64,000 nucleotides of DNA from an uncultured Ignavibacteriales bacterium (GCA_964461265.1 CAYWTS010000004.1:52112-116111), one strand, 5' to 3'; shown: positions 46,677 to 55,914, counted from the first letter of the stretch. Numbers and translations: made by a program. Notes: generated from the sequence alone by a model not told the origin.

Positions 46677-46967
46677 TTATTCGTAACCGAAGTTCTTTTT
46701 AAGGACTTTAGTAATAATATATGCAACAGATATTATTAAAATAAGGTAAAAAGTAGCTGTGATAAATGAATAACGGTTAAAAGTATATTTAGAAAGTATA
46801 CCACGCCACCCGCAATCTCTGCACTTAAATAATCCAAAAATTTTTGTGAATTTTATTATTGACTCAAATATATTTCTGCTTCGCGAGCGTCTGATTTTCC
46901 CAATAACACCGCATGAAGGGCATCTCGACGTTTCAGGATAAGCTTTATAAAATATTCTTAATTGCAC
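46677..46967 (-). CDS. Small zinc-ribbon membrane protein, hypothetical
   Basis: 96 aa. CPSCG...(29 aa)...CRDCGW four-Cys arrangement, then one C-terminal TM (FITATFYLILIISVAYIITKVL). Lies directly downstream of the Wzc-like gene. Confidence 0.45.
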   Translation of the reverse strand: MQLRIFYKAYPETSRCPSCGVIGKIRRSRSRNIFESIIKFTKIFGLFKCRDCGWRGILSKYTFNRYSFITATFYLILIISVAYIITKVLKKNFGYE

Positions 46968-47009
46968 GTTATTCCTTTAAATTTTCACTCGATTGATCTT
47001 ATTTTTTTG

Positions 47010-49292
47010 CTAGGTTTTTGCCGTTGTTTTATCATGTGATGTATGTTGTCCTTTTGTTTTATCGGAAGATCCGTAATAATAGTAATAGTATTTATAGTAA
47101 CTGCCGTAAGTTGCCTGATAATCGAAGTTATTTAAAACTACACCAATAAACGAATCGTTAATTTTATTTAACGTTTCAATTGTGTTTATAAGTAAGTCCA
47201 GCCGTGTTTTATTAGCAAGGCTTACTACCACTGTACCATCAACATAAGAAGAAAGCAATTCTGCATCTGTAACCGTTGCAAGCGGAGGTGAATCTATGAT
47301 AATATAATCGAACTTAGGTTTCATAGAATTCAGGAAACTTTGCATATGCTTTGAAGCAATTAATTCAGCCGGATTTGTAGGTATAGTACCGCAAGTCATT
47401 AAAGTGAGGTTATCAAACTGTGTTTTTCTCATTGTTTCTTCAAGCGGAACGGTTCCAAACAAGCAATCACATAACCCCGGATACCTTTTCTGGTTAAATA
47501 TGTTGTGTAAACGGGGTTTACGGAAATCACAATCTAATAAAAGTACTTTATTAGAAAGCGAAAAGCTTGCAGCCAGGTTAGCCGAAATAATTGTTTTACC
47601 CTCACGCGGTATCGAGCTGGTTATCAGGATGGTTTTAATTGGTTCGGGTTCAAGTTTCGAAAATTGCATCCTGGTTCTTAAAGTTCTGAATGATTCTGCC
47701 GGAGCTGAATCGGAGTTGTAAGCAAGAATTAGTTCTTGTTCAGAAGGTGCACCTCTTCCGTTTTTAGATGCTCTCATGAATGTTGGAACCCAGCCTATAA
47801 GCGATATACCGATGTTTTCCAGTTCTTCAGGTGATTTTACCGACACATCAAGAATATTCCTGAATAGTGCGAAACCATAGCCCAATCCGAGTCCGATTAG
47901 TAAGCCGATAGTTATAATTAAGAACCTGTTAGGTTTCGAAGGTGATTTCGGAATTTTACCGTAATCTATTATTTTTACGTTATTAGGATGGGATTCTTCG
48001 TTTATTAAAGCTTCCTGGTATTTTTCAAGAAGCATAAGGTATATTTTTTCGTTTGCTTTTCTGGTTCTATCCAGGTTAGCATACTCAATGATTTGTTCGG
48101 GCATTTTGTTGAATTTCGATTCGTACTTACTCATAAATCCTTTCAGTAACCCTTCTCTAATTTTCGACTGATTATTTGTTACCTGGGCTTCGAACAGTTT
48201 TAATGCAATACTCCTTCGTTCTTCCGGTGTGTTAGAAGTAGCCCCCTTCTTTAGGATTTCAAGTTTATCTGCAAGCGATTTTTTAAGCTCGGCAATCCTT
48301 GCTTCAATTTCTTTAAATGAACGGGAATTTTTAAGCACTTCTTCGTTGCCTAATTTAGCTAGGTCTCTCTGGATTTCTAGTAAAGCTATTTCCTTTTGCA
48401 GTTCCAGTATGTAGGGATCGGTTATTTTGCTCTCAAAGTACTTTGCTGCTTCCGGGTCATATTTACTAAGTTCGTTTTTGATATCCTCTACTGTTCTTGT
48501 GCTTGTCTGGAGATCGATGGAGGCTTCGTTGAACTGTGCTTCGATACTTGTTATTGTATTTATTAAAGATACAGCCTGGGCGTTTAGCTCTACAATGTTC
48601 TGTGACCTGAGAAATGCTGTAATGTTATCTTCGGATTTTAAAAGCTCGTTATATTTTTCTGTAACCTGTTTTTCCAGAAATTCCCGGTTCAACGTAAGGT
48701 GGCCGCGGTTCGATTTTAAAGAGTAGTCCGCATAAGCTTCAGCATAACAGTTTGCAATGAGCGCTGCTTCCGATGGTGAGGGGCTTTCTGTTTTTACAGA
48801 TACTATATCCAGTCCTCTCTTTTGTGATATCTCGGTATTTGTTTGCAATATAGCCGCAATCTGGTTAACACTTTTGGGCTGAGTACAATCATCAACTCTA
48901 TAACACAACAAAGCAAATTGTGTTTTTCCGTTTAAAACTTTAAATGAGTCTATCAATGATTTTGCGGTTTTTTCCCTGATTGCAAAAGACTTAAGAATTT
49001 CCACTTCATTATTAATAAACCTTTCAGGCAGTTCCCCTTCGATATCAGAGAAAATTTTATTTTCCAGTACATTCTCCTTCGGTTTTGTTAGCCGGAGAGA
49101 TGCTGCTGAACTATAAATATCGACCTGAGAAAATGCATATAAATATGATACAATAAAGCCAACAGCTAAGCTTAATAAAATGGGTATCTTATTCCTTAGT
49201 ATTAGATTGTAATAAAATCTTATACTGTGGGAAGATTTTATGTTTGTATCAACAGAAGTAAAAGAACCTTTGTTGTTAAACTGATTTTCCAT
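47010..49292 (-). CDS. Polysaccharide co-polymerase / tyrosine autokinase (Wzc/GumC-type, PCP-2a)
   Basis: 760 aa. N-terminal Wzz-type TM and long coiled periplasmic region, second TM, cytoplasmic P-loop (SSIPREGKT), Walker A' LLLDCDFRKP, and a Tyr cluster YGSYYKYYYYYYGSSD near the C-terminus. Confidence 0.9.
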   Translation of the reverse strand: MENQFNNKGSFTSVDTNIKSSHSIRFYYNLILRNKIPILLSLAVGFIVSYLYAFSQVDIYSSAASLRLTKPKENVLENKIFSDIEGELPERFINNEVEILKSFAIREKTAKSLIDSFKVLNGKTQFALLCYRVDDCTQPKSVNQIAAILQTNTEISQKRGLDIVSVKTESPSPSEAALIANCYAEAYADYSLKSNRGHLTLNREFLEKQVTEKYNELLKSEDNITAFLRSQNIVELNAQAVSLINTITSIEAQFNEASIDLQTSTRTVEDIKNELSKYDPEAAKYFESKITDPYILELQKEIALLEIQRDLAKLGNEEVLKNSRSFKEIEARIAELKKSLADKLEILKKGATSNTPEERRSIALKLFEAQVTNNQSKIREGLLKGFMSKYESKFNKMPEQIIEYANLDRTRKANEKIYLMLLEKYQEALINEESHPNNVKIIDYGKIPKSPSKPNRFLIITIGLLIGLGLGYGFALFRNILDVSVKSPEELENIGISLIGWVPTFMRASKNGRGAPSEQELILAYNSDSAPAESFRTLRTRMQFSKLEPEPIKTILITSSIPREGKTIISANLAASFSLSNKVLLLDCDFRKPRLHNIFNQKRYPGLCDCLFGTVPLEETMRKTQFDNLTLMTCGTIPTNPAELIASKHMQSFLNSMKPKFDYIIIDSPPLATVTDAELLSSYVDGTVVVSLANKTRLDLLINTIETLNKINDSFIGVVLNNFDYQATYGSYYKYYYYYYGSSDKTKGQHTSHDKTTAKT

Positions 49293-49293
49293 T

Positions 49294-49926
49294 TTAGTTC
49301 CTTGTTATTGTAATAATGAATGTTGCAACCGATATAACACTGGTAATTATTGGCAGAAAAAAAGCGAGGTTTTCCCTGAAAGTATATCTTTTTTCCTCCA
49401 TCACCACAATTATATCACGTGATTTTAAAACAGGGTTAATACGTGTTTTATCTGCCTTGATTTTATCCGTCCATAAAACATCATCGTAATTAAGTTTAAT
49501 CAATTCGGCTGGCTTCTTAGTAAGCGTATCGTAGGATCTGAAAATCCGTATTTCTTCGAGATTCGAGTTTTCAAGAGGACCTCCGGCGTAACTCATTAAA
49601 TCAATAAATGTTGTGTTTACGGGAATAATATACCTGCCGGGATATCTTACAAAACCCCACAAGTTTACTTCTATGTTCGGTGCGTACGGGTCACTCAGGT
49701 CATAAACTGCTGCAGATTTTAATTTACTTGTTTTACCAAGAATTATCTCATCATCACCCTGTGCCAGAACGCATGAACTTAAAACAGTTAATATTGCTAA
49801 TATTCTAATACCCAATTTTGTATAAGTGTTATAAAAAATTTGGTATAAGATGTTTATCTTATTTTTGATTATCAATGGTAATAAACAGTATTTATATAAA
49901 TAAATAAGATAGCCAAAAATTAACAT
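49294..49926 (-). CDS. Short SLBB-domain polysaccharide export protein (Wza-related), probable lipoprotein
   Basis: SLBB pattern VNLWGFVRYPGRYIIPVNTTFIDLMSYAGGPLE...IRIFR, plus a C-terminal TM. The long ORF N-terminus is not signal-like. A TTG at 49815 would give MGIRILAILTVLSSC (lipobox), so the true start may be 49815. Confidence 0.65.
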   Translation of the reverse strand: MLIFGYLIYLYKYCLLPLIIKNKINILYQIFYNTYTKLGIRILAILTVLSSCVLAQGDDEIILGKTSKLKSAAVYDLSDPYAPNIEVNLWGFVRYPGRYIIPVNTTFIDLMSYAGGPLENSNLEEIRIFRSYDTLTKKPAELIKLNYDDVLWTDKIKADKTRINPVLKSRDIIVVMEEKRYTFRENLAFFLPIITSVISVATFIITITRN

Positions 49927-49998
49927 TTATAACCGATTCAGTGGGCAAAACTTTTATTTTTCTACAAATTTAGCATATGATTTTTTATATTTGTGGAT

Positions 49999-50913
49999 AT
50001 GGGCTTAGCATTTATATTTCCCGGGCAAGGTTCTCAATATGTTGGTATGGCTAATGATTTGCATCGTAATTATCCGGAAGTTAAAAAACTTTTTAACCTG
50101 GCAAACGAGATATTAGGCTATGACTTGGCAGAAGTATGTTTTAACGGACCTGAAGATAAGTTAAGGCAAACATACATTACTCAGCCTGCTATAATGGTTC
50201 ATTCGTTAGCTGTTACTTTGATTGCAGGTAAAAAGCTGACTGTAAATGCAGCTGCCGGTCATTCGTTGGGCGAGTTTACAGCATTAACGTATGCAGGGGC
50301 GCTGAGCTTTGAAGCCGGTTTAAGACTTGTAAAACTTCGCGGTGAGCTTATGCAAACTGCCGGAGAGATGAACAAAGGAACTATGGCTGCAATTATAGGA
50401 TTGAATGAAGATGTTATTACTAAGCTGTGTGAGCAAGCATCAAGCGTCGGAGTAGTACAGATTGCCAACTTGAATTCACCGGGACAGATTGTAATATCGG
50501 GTACGGTTGACGGTGTAAAAAAAGCTATGGAATTATCAAAAGCTAACAAAGCAAAGCTTGTGAAAGAACTGGTTGTTCACGGTGCATTTCATTCGCCTTT
50601 GATGGAACCAGCAAGGGAGAAACTTAAGGAAGCACTTGCAGCGACAGAGTTTAACAGGGTACGGATTCCGGTTTATTCCAATGTAACCGCTCAGCCATAT
50701 ACACCTGAGACCGGAGCAGATGATGTTCGCAGCCTTCTCTACGAACAGCTTTCTTCTCCTGTACGCTGGGAAGATATTATTATTAATATGGTAAAAGACG
50801 GTGTTTCAGAATTTATTGAATTGGGACCCGGGAAAGTTTTACAGGGTCTTGTGAAAAGAATTAATCCAAACGTTAAAATAAGCGGAATTGATACAGTAAA
50901 CGATTTATCATAA
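49999..50913 (+). CDS. fabD: Malonyl-CoA:ACP transacylase
   Basis: AFIFPGQGSQYVGM, GHSLGEF, and the GAFHS motif. Start ambiguous (GTG 49993 or ATG 49999); a TATATTTG element at 49986..49993 abuts it. Confidence 0.95.
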   Translation: MGLAFIFPGQGSQYVGMANDLHRNYPEVKKLFNLANEILGYDLAEVCFNGPEDKLRQTYITQPAIMVHSLAVTLIAGKKLTVNAAAGHSLGEFTALTYAGALSFEAGLRLVKLRGELMQTAGEMNKGTMAAIIGLNEDVITKLCEQASSVGVVQIANLNSPGQIVISGTVDGVKKAMELSKANKAKLVKELVVHGAFHSPLMEPAREKLKEALAATEFNRVRIPVYSNVTAQPYTPETGADDVRSLLYEQLSSPVRWEDIIINMVKDGVSEFIELGPGKVLQGLVKRINPNVKISGIDTVNDLS

Positions 50914-51003
50914 ATTATTCTGCTTGCTGTATTGAGTTGTATTATTAAGTAGACTTTCCGACAGATAAGCTAATAAAAAATTAAACAAACTAAATATACC
51001 TAA

Positions 51004-51750
51004 ATGGAAAAATTAATTGGCAAAACAGCAATTGTAACCGGCGGAGCCCGCGGTATTGGATTTGCAATTGTAAAAGAATTTATTAACAGCGGTGCAGATG
51101 TTGTAATTTTTGATGTTGCTGTACCTGATGATTTTGAAACAAGAGTCAGGGAATTACAGTCTGCGGGGAGAAAAGTAGTATTTAAAAAACTGGATATTAC
51201 TAAGACAACCGAGGTTGCTGAAGCAATTGAAAAAGTTGCATCGGAATTCGGACATTTAGATATACTTGTGAATAATGCAGGTATTACGCGAGACAGGCTG
51301 CTGATAAGAATGGAGGAAGAAGATTGGGATGTTGTTCTTGCAGTGAATTTAAAAGGTGCATTTAATACTATTAAAGCTATCGCAAGAATTATGGCTAAAC
51401 AGCATTCAGGTAAAATTATCAATATAAGTTCTGTTGTTGGTGTTATGGGAAATGCTGGGCAGGCTAATTATTCTGCTTCGAAAGCCGGATTGATAGGTTT
51501 AACAAAAACAACAGCTAAAGAACTGGCTGGACGAAATATTAATGTAAATGCCATTGCTCCCGGATTTGTTGAAACCGAAATGACTGCTAAGCTTAATGAA
51601 CAACAGCGTGAAGCATTCCTTAATGTTATTCCGTTAAAAAGGGCTGCAAAACCTGAAGATATTGCTGTTGTTGCTTCTTTTCTTGCTTCAGAGAAAGCTG
51701 ATTATATTACCGGTCAGGTTATTTGTGTTGATGGCGGTATGATAATGTAG
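51004..51750 (+). CDS. fabG: 3-oxoacyl-ACP reductase
   Basis: 248 aa. VTGGARGIG, NNAGITRD, YSASKAG.IG.TK, and the FabG-type C-terminus ITGQV..VDGGM.M. Follows fabD. Confidence 0.9.
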   Translation: MEKLIGKTAIVTGGARGIGFAIVKEFINSGADVVIFDVAVPDDFETRVRELQSAGRKVVFKKLDITKTTEVAEAIEKVASEFGHLDILVNNAGITRDRLLIRMEEEDWDVVLAVNLKGAFNTIKAIARIMAKQHSGKIINISSVVGVMGNAGQANYSASKAGLIGLTKTTAKELAGRNINVNAIAPGFVETEMTAKLNEQQREAFLNVIPLKRAAKPEDIAVVASFLASEKADYITGQVICVDGGMIM

Positions 51751-51803
51751 CTTTAGAAATATCGTATGAACAAGGAGCAGATATCATTGGTTTCAATACT
51801 TGT

Positions 51804-52208
51804 CTACGAATAGTGTACTATAAATTTACTTTCATCAAATTCTAACTTCGGTATTAAGAGGTGGTCAAATTCCGCGTTACCCGCTTCGCTGCTGTTTTTA
51901 ATAACTTGAATTGATTGTTCGATCCTGGAGATAAGTAACTCCAGTTCAACACCCTGGAATACCGGTGAAAACGGTTGGAATTTATTAATTGCTTTTGTAA
52001 GCTGGCTTATTGCTCCTTTGGGATTCTTTCTTACAGTGATATGGTAATAACCGACTGCAGCATGAATTAAACCCTGGTAAAAAGCTCTTGTCTCGCCCCT
52101 TACATCACACCACACATCTTCAAGTATATCATGGCAATCATAAAATTCACCTTCATTGAATTTTTGTATGCCTTTTTTAAATCTTGCTAAAACAGAACTT
52201 CGGGCCAA
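51804..52208 (-). CDS. DUF309 domain protein
   Basis: 134 aa. FNEGEFYDCHDILEDVW....G......YQGLIH.AV.YYH is the DUF309 signature. Confidence 0.75.
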   Translation of the reverse strand: MARSSVLARFKKGIQKFNEGEFYDCHDILEDVWCDVRGETRAFYQGLIHAAVGYYHITVRKNPKGAISQLTKAINKFQPFSPVFQGVELELLISRIEQSIQVIKNSSEAGNAEFDHLLIPKLEFDESKFIVHYS

Positions 52209-52213
52209 ATATT

Positions 52214-52735
52214 TTATTGCTGTTGAGTTTCTCCCGAAGGTGCAGATTCAGTTGATTTTGTATCTGTAATTATTTCTGCTGTTACAGTAGCTGTTTTTTG
52301 AGATTGTATTTCTTTTGGTTTTTTCTTTTTGTCAAGGAAATAGTCAAAGCTAATAACGCCTGCACCGCTAAAGAATGTCAGGATAAAACATGCCAGGAAT
52401 ATAAGATCTTTATTGAAGGGAATAGTGTTGCTTATGAAAATACCTCTTGAAAGTATTTTTATAATCTGAATTAAACCTAAAATAAAGCTCGAAGCAGGTG
52501 TGAAAAATCCCATAATGTATAATGCACCGAATATTATAAGCAGGAAAGGTGTAACAAATCCAACTATGAATGACAGATTTTGGCTTAAAATACCAAAGGA
52601 TTTAATTTTGTTTATATAACCTTCTATATCGCTTGCCTGCATAATACCAAGGGCAAGTGTATAGCTTCCAAGTATCAGACGGATTACTAGCAATCCGAAA
52701 GATGATTTCCCGTGTGCTTTGAAGAGTATACTCAT
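52214..52735 (-). CDS. DoxX-family membrane protein
   Basis: Start moved to Met23 of the track ORF (MSILFKAHG...) because codons 1-22 would overlap tRNA-Cys. LLVIRLILG motif, 4 TM, and GAGVISFDYFL near the C-terminus. Confidence 0.7.
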   Translation of the reverse strand: MSILFKAHGKSSFGLLVIRLILGSYTLALGIMQASDIEGYINKIKSFGILSQNLSFIVGFVTPFLLIIFGALYIMGFFTPASSFILGLIQIIKILSRGIFISNTIPFNKDLIFLACFILTFFSGAGVISFDYFLDKKKKPKEIQSQKTATVTAEIITDTKSTESAPSGETQQQ

Positions 52736-52751
52736 TTTTTTGGTGGAATAT

Positions 52752-52828
52752 TGGAGGCGACGATCGGATTCGAACCGATGAATCGTGGTTTTGCAGACCA
52801 CTCCCTTAGACCACTTGGGTACGTCGCC
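52752..52828 (-). tRNA. tRNA-Cys (anticodon GCA), CCA encoded
   Basis: Reverse complement: GGCGACGTACCCAAGTGGTCTAAGGGAGTGGTCTGCAAAACCACGATTCATCGGTTCGAATCCGATCGTCGCCTCCA. 7-bp acceptor stem GGCGACG/CGTCGCC, anticodon loop CTGCAAA, T-loop GGTTCGAATCC, discriminator U then CCA. Confidence 0.9.
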
Positions 52829-52862
52829 GGTTATAGATAATTATCTTTTTAAGGGTGCTTAG

Positions 52863-52935
<73 letters not shown>

Positions 52936-53085
52936 ACATATTTACATTGGAGTGCAATATTAATAAGATAGTCTTATTTATTCAAGGAACTTAAATTTAT
53001 GGTAAATGCAGTTTTTATAATAAAACACTGAAAATATTTATATTGCCTAACCGGGCTTGTGCGAATGATGTACTCAATTTAATTA

Positions 53086-55914
53086 TTAAAAGTCCCAGCC
53101 GAAGAAAAACTGGTGAAACAACCCCTCCTGGAATTTAGTAAAATTTTTCTCAATGCGTTTTCCAAAGTCATAACGCAGTGCAATGATATTAAACAAATTT
53201 ATTCTTGCCCCTGCCCCAATACTTCCAAGTGTTTCACCGTACTCTTTATCCCATGTGTTCCCCGCATCGAAGAACACTGCTCCCCTTATATATGGAAAAT
53301 CGAAATTAATACCGAACGGAAAATGCACGGCAAAAAGATTAATAAGCGGGAATCTGAATTCAGTGCTTGAAAGCCACAGTTTCCTGCCGCGCAGTGAAAA
53401 TCTAGGATACCCGCGTAAATCCCAGTTGCCGCCCATTACCCAGCGCCGTGCCTCTTTTCCTTCATTCATCAGGAATTCTAATCGTTGTGCAATAGCTACT
53501 GTTTTCGATAACCTGAAGTACCTTCTGTAGTCCAGAATAATTGTATAATAATTTACATTTGAAAACTGTATGTCAGATGTATAAGCCAGGGTTAAGTTAA
53601 ACCTGTTTCCGTCAAGCGGGCCCGTTGGTCCCCAGATTGAATTATCTTTTACGTATGAAATGGAGTTCGTTAAAAGGAGTGCCCTGCGGTTTGTACCTTC
53701 TGTTGTTAAATCACGCTTCGAATTTGCCAATGTTACTGCTGCATCTATTCTCCTGAAAAATGATAACGGATAGCTGAGTGCAAAGTATCCGCCAAAAGTT
53801 CTTTCGTAATACGAAAAATCATCTCCGAAATCATACCTTTTTCCATTTAAGTTAAAAACTCCGAAAGCATAATTAAGTCTTTGTCCCAGCGATATTCTTG
53901 ATATAGCAACATTGAAGCTGTTAAAAAAATCCTCTCCCGATTCGGAGTTGTTGAAAACCAGAAAATAATACTGATCGTTTCCCAGCATATCGCTTAATCC
54001 TACTATTCCCCCCGAAGAGATTCCAAACACGGGGTCTGCACCTATGCTTGTTGTAGCTAAATCGAGAGAATATTCCTTACGGTACTTTAAATTATTCTTT
54101 TGTGAAATTCCTTTTATTTTTTCTGCAGTCCAGAGCAGTTTTGTGTTGTCAGGATTTAGAGTATCGGCAGTAAGGGTTTTTTCATTCGTTTTGATTTCAT
54201 CATTTAAAATCCTTACCGTTATGCCTCCATCTTCATAAGCTGAAAAAACTGCACGGTTAGAATCTATCCAGTGCGGGTCGAAGGTTGATGTTGTAAAGTT
54301 AGTGACCTGTAAGATTGTTCCGGGTAAAGTGTTATTGCTTATTAAATTTTCTTCCGTATTCAGCAGCCAGATATTTTGTATCCCGCCTTTGGTCGATGTA
54401 TATAAGATTTTTTTTCCGTCGCTGGAAATTTGAGGTGAGTAGTCTATTTGCTCACCGGCGGTTAGATAGCTGATTGTATTGGTCTGCAGGTCATATCTGA
54501 ACAAATTGTAACAATTCTTTATACCATACGGAGTTCTGTCAGATGAAAAGACAATCCATTTACTATCGGGTGAAATATCAGGGTCACGGTCATCGTAGTA
54601 ATCATTCGTTAATCTTGTCAGTTCTTTTTTTATTAAGTCGAAAATGAAAATATCGCTTTTTCCGCTCATATCAAGTGCATTAAAGACAATTATGCTCCCA
54701 TCCGAAGAAAATGCCGGTGCACCAATCTGAACGAGGTCTTTAAAAGAATAACTGGTTATTAACTCTTCTCTTTTAATATTGTAAAGATTAAGAGCATCAT
54801 TCGCACCACTCTTAGTTGCAAAGGCGAGAATTCCTTTAGATGAAATATCAAGTCCGGAACGGAAAAAGTGGAACTCTTCGAGCTGGTCACTCTTTTCACC
54901 TTCAATAACTAGTTCCGGGCTGTATTCTTTTTCCTTCAGGTCTACCTTATATATGCTTGTATAGCCTGTTATGTTCCCGATAAAATAAACTTCTTCTTTC
55001 AGGCTGTCTTTGTAATATGCAGGCCTGTGCCCGAATCCGTCTTCGAATACCGGCTTACTTTTTGCAGACGGATTATCCTGTTTCTGAATCTGTGGGAAAT
55101 ATTCCTTCTTTAATGCATAAAGCCATTGTTTATCGAATTCATCATAATCCAATCCGATTGTTTTTTCCATAACGACCTCAAAGTCATCATTCATCCACAT
55201 ATTTTCCATTAAAAGAAGTATTTTTTCATTTCCGTAATTCTTTGAAATGTAACCAAGTATTTTCTGACCCATTTTATACATAAAAAATGTACCGTAATAA
55301 TCTTCCCAATCATTAAGACCTGGCATATAACCGCTTAACACAGCATCTTTAACAACCATCTCAGCAGTTGCATCCCATTCAGTACTCCAGAGTTCGGCAA
55401 GTCCTTCAACGAACCAAAGAGGAGGAAGCCGTTCAGGATTTTGCCTGTGTGTTTTTAATACATTAACAACCTTTGAAATCATGAAAACGTGAACAAGTTC
55501 ATGGCGTATTACGTGTTTGAAATTGCCAAGTGAACCGTCGAATGGAACTACAACTCTGCCCTTGATAAATTCGGTGAATCCGCCGACTCCGTCAGGGATG
55601 AGCCCCGGTGTTACATTAGTTTCTCTGAAATGGCTTGGTGTGGAGTAAAAAATTACAGGAACTGTATCTATAAGATTATGATTGAAATTCTGCTGCAGGA
55701 TTTTATAGCTTTCTTCGGCATAAGCTGCACCGATTTCAGCAAGCTCCTGCATTTCTTTGTAATAATAAATTTTGAAGTGCTCGGTAGAAAGTGTATACCA
55801 ATCAAAATTATTATACTGTACTTTATTCCTCCCGAAATCTACATACTGGGCATCAAGTTTGGTTACAACAATTGTAAAAATGATTAAAACTATGGGTGCA
55901 AATTGCCTTGACAT
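53086..55914 (-). CDS. Outer-membrane fusion protein: HExxH peptidase-MA-like domain + PD40/TolB-type beta-propeller + Omp85/D15-type beta-barrel
   Basis: 942 aa. Signal peptide. HELVHVF followed by WFVEGLAELW (peptidase_MA_2-like). PD40-like repeats (FSSDGSIIVF, ISPDSKWIVFSSDR, ISSDGKKILYTS). C-terminal barrel ending ...FHQFFFGWDF with a terminal aromatic residue. Confidence 0.7.
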   Translation of the reverse strand: MSRQFAPIVLIIFTIVVTKLDAQYVDFGRNKVQYNNFDWYTLSTEHFKIYYYKEMQELAEIGAAYAEESYKILQQNFNHNLIDTVPVIFYSTPSHFRETNVTPGLIPDGVGGFTEFIKGRVVVPFDGSLGNFKHVIRHELVHVFMISKVVNVLKTHRQNPERLPPLWFVEGLAELWSTEWDATAEMVVKDAVLSGYMPGLNDWEDYYGTFFMYKMGQKILGYISKNYGNEKILLLMENMWMNDDFEVVMEKTIGLDYDEFDKQWLYALKKEYFPQIQKQDNPSAKSKPVFEDGFGHRPAYYKDSLKEEVYFIGNITGYTSIYKVDLKEKEYSPELVIEGEKSDQLEEFHFFRSGLDISSKGILAFATKSGANDALNLYNIKREELITSYSFKDLVQIGAPAFSSDGSIIVFNALDMSGKSDIFIFDLIKKELTRLTNDYYDDRDPDISPDSKWIVFSSDRTPYGIKNCYNLFRYDLQTNTISYLTAGEQIDYSPQISSDGKKILYTSTKGGIQNIWLLNTEENLISNNTLPGTILQVTNFTTSTFDPHWIDSNRAVFSAYEDGGITVRILNDEIKTNEKTLTADTLNPDNTKLLWTAEKIKGISQKNNLKYRKEYSLDLATTSIGADPVFGISSGGIVGLSDMLGNDQYYFLVFNNSESGEDFFNSFNVAISRISLGQRLNYAFGVFNLNGKRYDFGDDFSYYERTFGGYFALSYPLSFFRRIDAAVTLANSKRDLTTEGTNRRALLLTNSISYVKDNSIWGPTGPLDGNRFNLTLAYTSDIQFSNVNYYTIILDYRRYFRLSKTVAIAQRLEFLMNEGKEARRWVMGGNWDLRGYPRFSLRGRKLWLSSTEFRFPLINLFAVHFPFGINFDFPYIRGAVFFDAGNTWDKEYGETLGSIGAGARINLFNIIALRYDFGKRIEKNFTKFQEGLFHQFFFGWDF

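Noticed and set aside
49891-49904. Perfect 14-bp palindrome TATTTATATAAATA in the fabD/exporter divergent region. Weak inverted repeats around 49812/49962 were considered as an invertible-promoter (phase-variation) switch for the glycan locus.
   Set aside because: The palindrome is pure A/T and expected by chance in this composition. The flanking inverted repeats are too imperfect, and no recombinase gene is nearby.
52736-52801. First 22 codons of the track ORF 52214..52801.
   Set aside because: They overlap tRNA-Cys (52752..52828) on the same strand. The DoxX homology and hydrophobic N-terminus begin at the internal Met (52735), so the extension is an artefact.
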